64,000 bases of DNA from Thainema sp. (GTDB lineage: Bacteria > Cyanobacteriota > Cyanobacteriia > Phormidesmidales > Phormidesmidaceae). The notes beneath the pieces were generated by a model. It saw nothing but the letters and a program-made list of their open reading frames with translations. It was not told where the DNA came from and ran no database searches. Positions 61,573 to 64,000 of the stretch are shown here, piece after piece. Position 1 is the stretch's first letter. Each line of letters starts with the position of its first letter. Location: the NCBI GenBank assembly GCA_052168235.1, contig JBQLZK010000003.1, forward strand, positions 128,001-192,000, written 5' to 3'. Made by a program: the position numbers and the translations under genes.

Positions 61573-62973
61573 TTACTGATTGGACTGGTTAAACGGGATC
61601 GGCTCGATGGTTTGAGTTTCCACTACGGCATCGTATAGCCGACTAGCCAGGCGTTCACGAGCTTCTTTTGTGAGATGAATTGGGCTTTGGAAAGTCATCT
61701 CCTCAGGTTCAGATGCGTAAAGAGTATACAAGTTTAGTGCACGCGACTGGGGTAGCTCTTTGCGGATTTGGCTAGCCGCAGCGGCTAATGCCTCATAACC
61801 TGTAGCAATTCGTTCCTGATAGGTAGAACCCAAAACGGAAACAATTTCTCGTTCCTGCTCAGTCAAGCTTTCGGCTTGACGTCCAGTGATTTCGGGCTGG
61901 AGCGCAATGATGAACGGGATATTGGCGTTGGTCGTAATTCTGGCCATTTCGCGCAGATGACGCTGATAGCGCTGGATGCGCGATCGCAACTCAGTTTCAT
62001 CTGCTGCCAACTGATCGGCCAACGCTTCATCATGATTGGGGGTAATCAGTCGAATCGGGGCCGGTTTCTGCTGAGGCTGGATAATCCAATAGTGAATGGC
62101 TCGAATCAGATAGGACTGCCTAAAGAATCCCTTGACCTGCTGCATCACATCCGTGGTGAAGTGTTTGAAGGAGTTGGTCATGAACGGTTCTAGTCCCGGA
62201 ATCTCAGCCGCTTCGTAAGAACTGGGCAAGAGCAAATCAGCATAGCCGTGCAGGGCAATCACAATGTCCGGCTTATAGGCCATGACATCTTGGGTCAATC
62301 GCGCCAATTCGTTGCCAGAGGCATATCCAGGCACGGCAGCATTAATTACGCGATACTGGCCGCCAGTAATGCGCGGCTGGCGGGCTAGTGCCTGTTCTGT
62401 CAGATCCAGACGGAACGGCAGCACCTCTGGCTGAAACTGATCGGGTTGCGAATTCTGGAGCGCGATGCGGCCATTGAGCAGTTCTTCTAAGCGATTGCTG
62501 AGGATTGCCTGGTTATTATCGCTCAGCTCATCGAATGCCGCTGATCCCCCTAGGATGACGATGCGAATTTCATTGGCCGCTTTATCTACCGTGATGGGTT
62601 CATCATCTCGAAATGTTTGGGCATTGATTGTCCAATACTCATTTTGCTGATCGGGTAGCAGCCGATAGCCCGTTAACGGGCTGTAGGTCGCTTTCAGTTG
62701 CCCCGTATTCGGCAAACCGTCATAATGCTGCTGGTCATTACTGAGAAACTGCAGCCGATAGGCCGAAATGTGAGCTGGTTCGCCTTGATAGCTGCTCAGC
62801 GCACCGCCAAAGCCGCCTAAACCCGAGATCGCACGCAGCAAGAGTTCGGCAGCAACGACAACCGCAATTGCGATCGCAATCCAAGCCGCAGGACGTAATG
62901 GCCTGGACTTACGCCGACTGGAGCGGCCATAAATGGATTTTCCGAATGTGCTACGCCGACGCCTAAACATCAA
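61573..62973 (-). CDS. SGNH/GDSL hydrolase-like membrane-anchored protein
   Basis: Basic N-terminus + TM; RIVILGGSAAF, VINAAVPGYAS, PDIVIALHG, SPIHLT. Confidence 0.8.
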   Translation of the reverse strand: MMFRRRRSTFGKSIYGRSSRRKSRPLRPAAWIAIAIAVVVAAELLLRAISGLGGFGGALSSYQGEPAHISAYRLQFLSNDQQHYDGLPNTGQLKATYSPLTGYRLLPDQQNEYWTINAQTFRDDEPITVDKAANEIRIVILGGSAAFDELSDNNQAILSNRLEELLNGRIALQNSQPDQFQPEVLPFRLDLTEQALARQPRITGGQYRVINAAVPGYASGNELARLTQDVMAYKPDIVIALHGYADLLLPSSYEAAEIPGLEPFMTNSFKHFTTDVMQQVKGFFRQSYLIRAIHYWIIQPQQKPAPIRLITPNHDEALADQLAADETELRSRIQRYQRHLREMARITTNANIPFIIALQPEITGRQAESLTEQEREIVSVLGSTYQERIATGYEALAAAASQIRKELPQSRALNLYTLYASEPEEMTFQSPIHLTKEARERLASRLYDAVVETQTIEPIPFNQSNQ

Positions 62974-63329
62974 CTGTTTCCTCTCTATGCATCAAGCCAC
63001 AGCCTTTACCGCTACTCTTTGGGATGGGATCAAAGGCAGGCATGAGCTTAACATGATTTGGGACGATGCTTAATACTGGAACAGGCTAAACTGCCGGGGG
63101 TTCCCTTGCCTTGCCCATCGTCCAACGACGCACTAAACCTATCTCAGTTCCCCATTTTGATCAGATGATCTGGCCATAGCAACCTCAAACACTTTTGTGA
63201 AAAACTGGTAGCAGTGAGTCTTCCATGAGCACAACATCAGGTTTTTCAAACGGATTTAGATGTTAACTCTTATTGACACTCATTGACCGCAACAGTTATC
63301 GCTTACAGTCTGAAATCCACGAAATTCAC

Positions 63330-63818
63330 ATGACCTATCGCATTTTGTTCGTTTGTCTCGGCAATATTTGCCGCTCCCCCTCGGCTGAAGGCATTATGAA
63401 ATATCTGATTCGCCAACATCAGCTCGATGGGCAAGTAATATGCGATTCGGCAGGGACATCGAGCTATCACATCGGCAGTCCTCCGGATCGACGGATGCGC
63501 GCTGCAGCCCAGCGTCAGGGAATTGAACTCAAGGGGGAAGCACGACAGTTGGTTCCATCTGATTTCGAGCGGTTTGATCTCATCCTGGTCATGGATCGGG
63601 AAAACTACAGCGACGTTATGGCCATCACGCGTAGTCCAGCCGATGCTGATAAGGTGCAGCTAATTTGCGAGTTTTGTCAGCACCATACTGATAAAGAAGT
63701 GCCCGATCCGTACTACGGCGGTACCGATGGCTTTGACTATGTAATTGACTTACTGCTAGATGCTTGTGAAGGGGTGCTAGTACATGCCCAGGAGCAAATG
63801 GCTAATTCTGCTCGTTAG
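63330..63818 (+). CDS. Low-molecular-weight protein-tyrosine phosphatase
   Basis: FVCLGNICRSP, DSAGT, VPDPYYGG. Confidence 0.95.
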   Translation: MTYRILFVCLGNICRSPSAEGIMKYLIRQHQLDGQVICDSAGTSSYHIGSPPDRRMRAAAQRQGIELKGEARQLVPSDFERFDLILVMDRENYSDVMAITRSPADADKVQLICEFCQHHTDKEVPDPYYGGTDGFDYVIDLLLDACEGVLVHAQEQMANSAR

Positions 63819-64000
63819 GTAGGTCTAATGGGCAGCTAGTGAGGCCATATAGATTTAATCGTAGTGGTATACAGGTAATGATTTTCAGACCTTTTGAGGA
63901 CACCGATTTAATCCGGCAGTATAGCCCAACGTATCGCACTGTTATCCCAGTTGGAATGGAGGAAATCGGCAGTGCGAATCAGAAACCCAACGAAAATTAC

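Noticed and set aside
63000..63130. Possible riboswitch or ncRNA upstream of the SGNH gene (ttgggacgatg/catcgtccaa stem)
   Set aside because: Only one short stem and no match to a riboswitch consensus that I recognise.
1..64000. HIP1 (GCGATCGC, often TGCGATCGCA) abundance as a novelty
   Set aside because: Well-known cyanobacterial feature; used only as taxonomic evidence.

Overview
This window is chromosomal DNA from a cyanobacterium, probably a filamentous Leptolyngbya/Oscillatoriales-like lineage. The basis is dense HIP1 GCGATCGC sites (mostly TGCGATCGCA), petCA, zds, gap2, a cyanobacterial rpoZ and SLH proteins. Most of it is conserved housekeeping sequence: zds, cofH, rpoZ, tsaE, PBP1A, petC/petA, tatC, a devH-like CRP, mscL, ybeY, comB, gatB, proB, gap2, nadD, murC, murB, ybaB. 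The first ~6.8 kb is an accessory, defence-like island: Uma2 nuclease, a P-loop ATPase + TPR gene pair, an 11 x 21-bp degenerate array next to a small uncharacterised helical protein, REP-like palindromes and a PLD-SF2 helicase. Other points of interest: a histidine kinase with a DXCF and a candidate far-red cyanobacteriochrome GAF, two tandem small genes sharing a 20-residue Pro/beta motif, a duplicated cell-wall-binding-like gene pair with a conserved upstream motif, and several miniature palindromic elements including a triply nested one. I saw no rRNA, tRNA, CRISPR array or transposase. Family assignments come from motif recognition only; no database searches were run.
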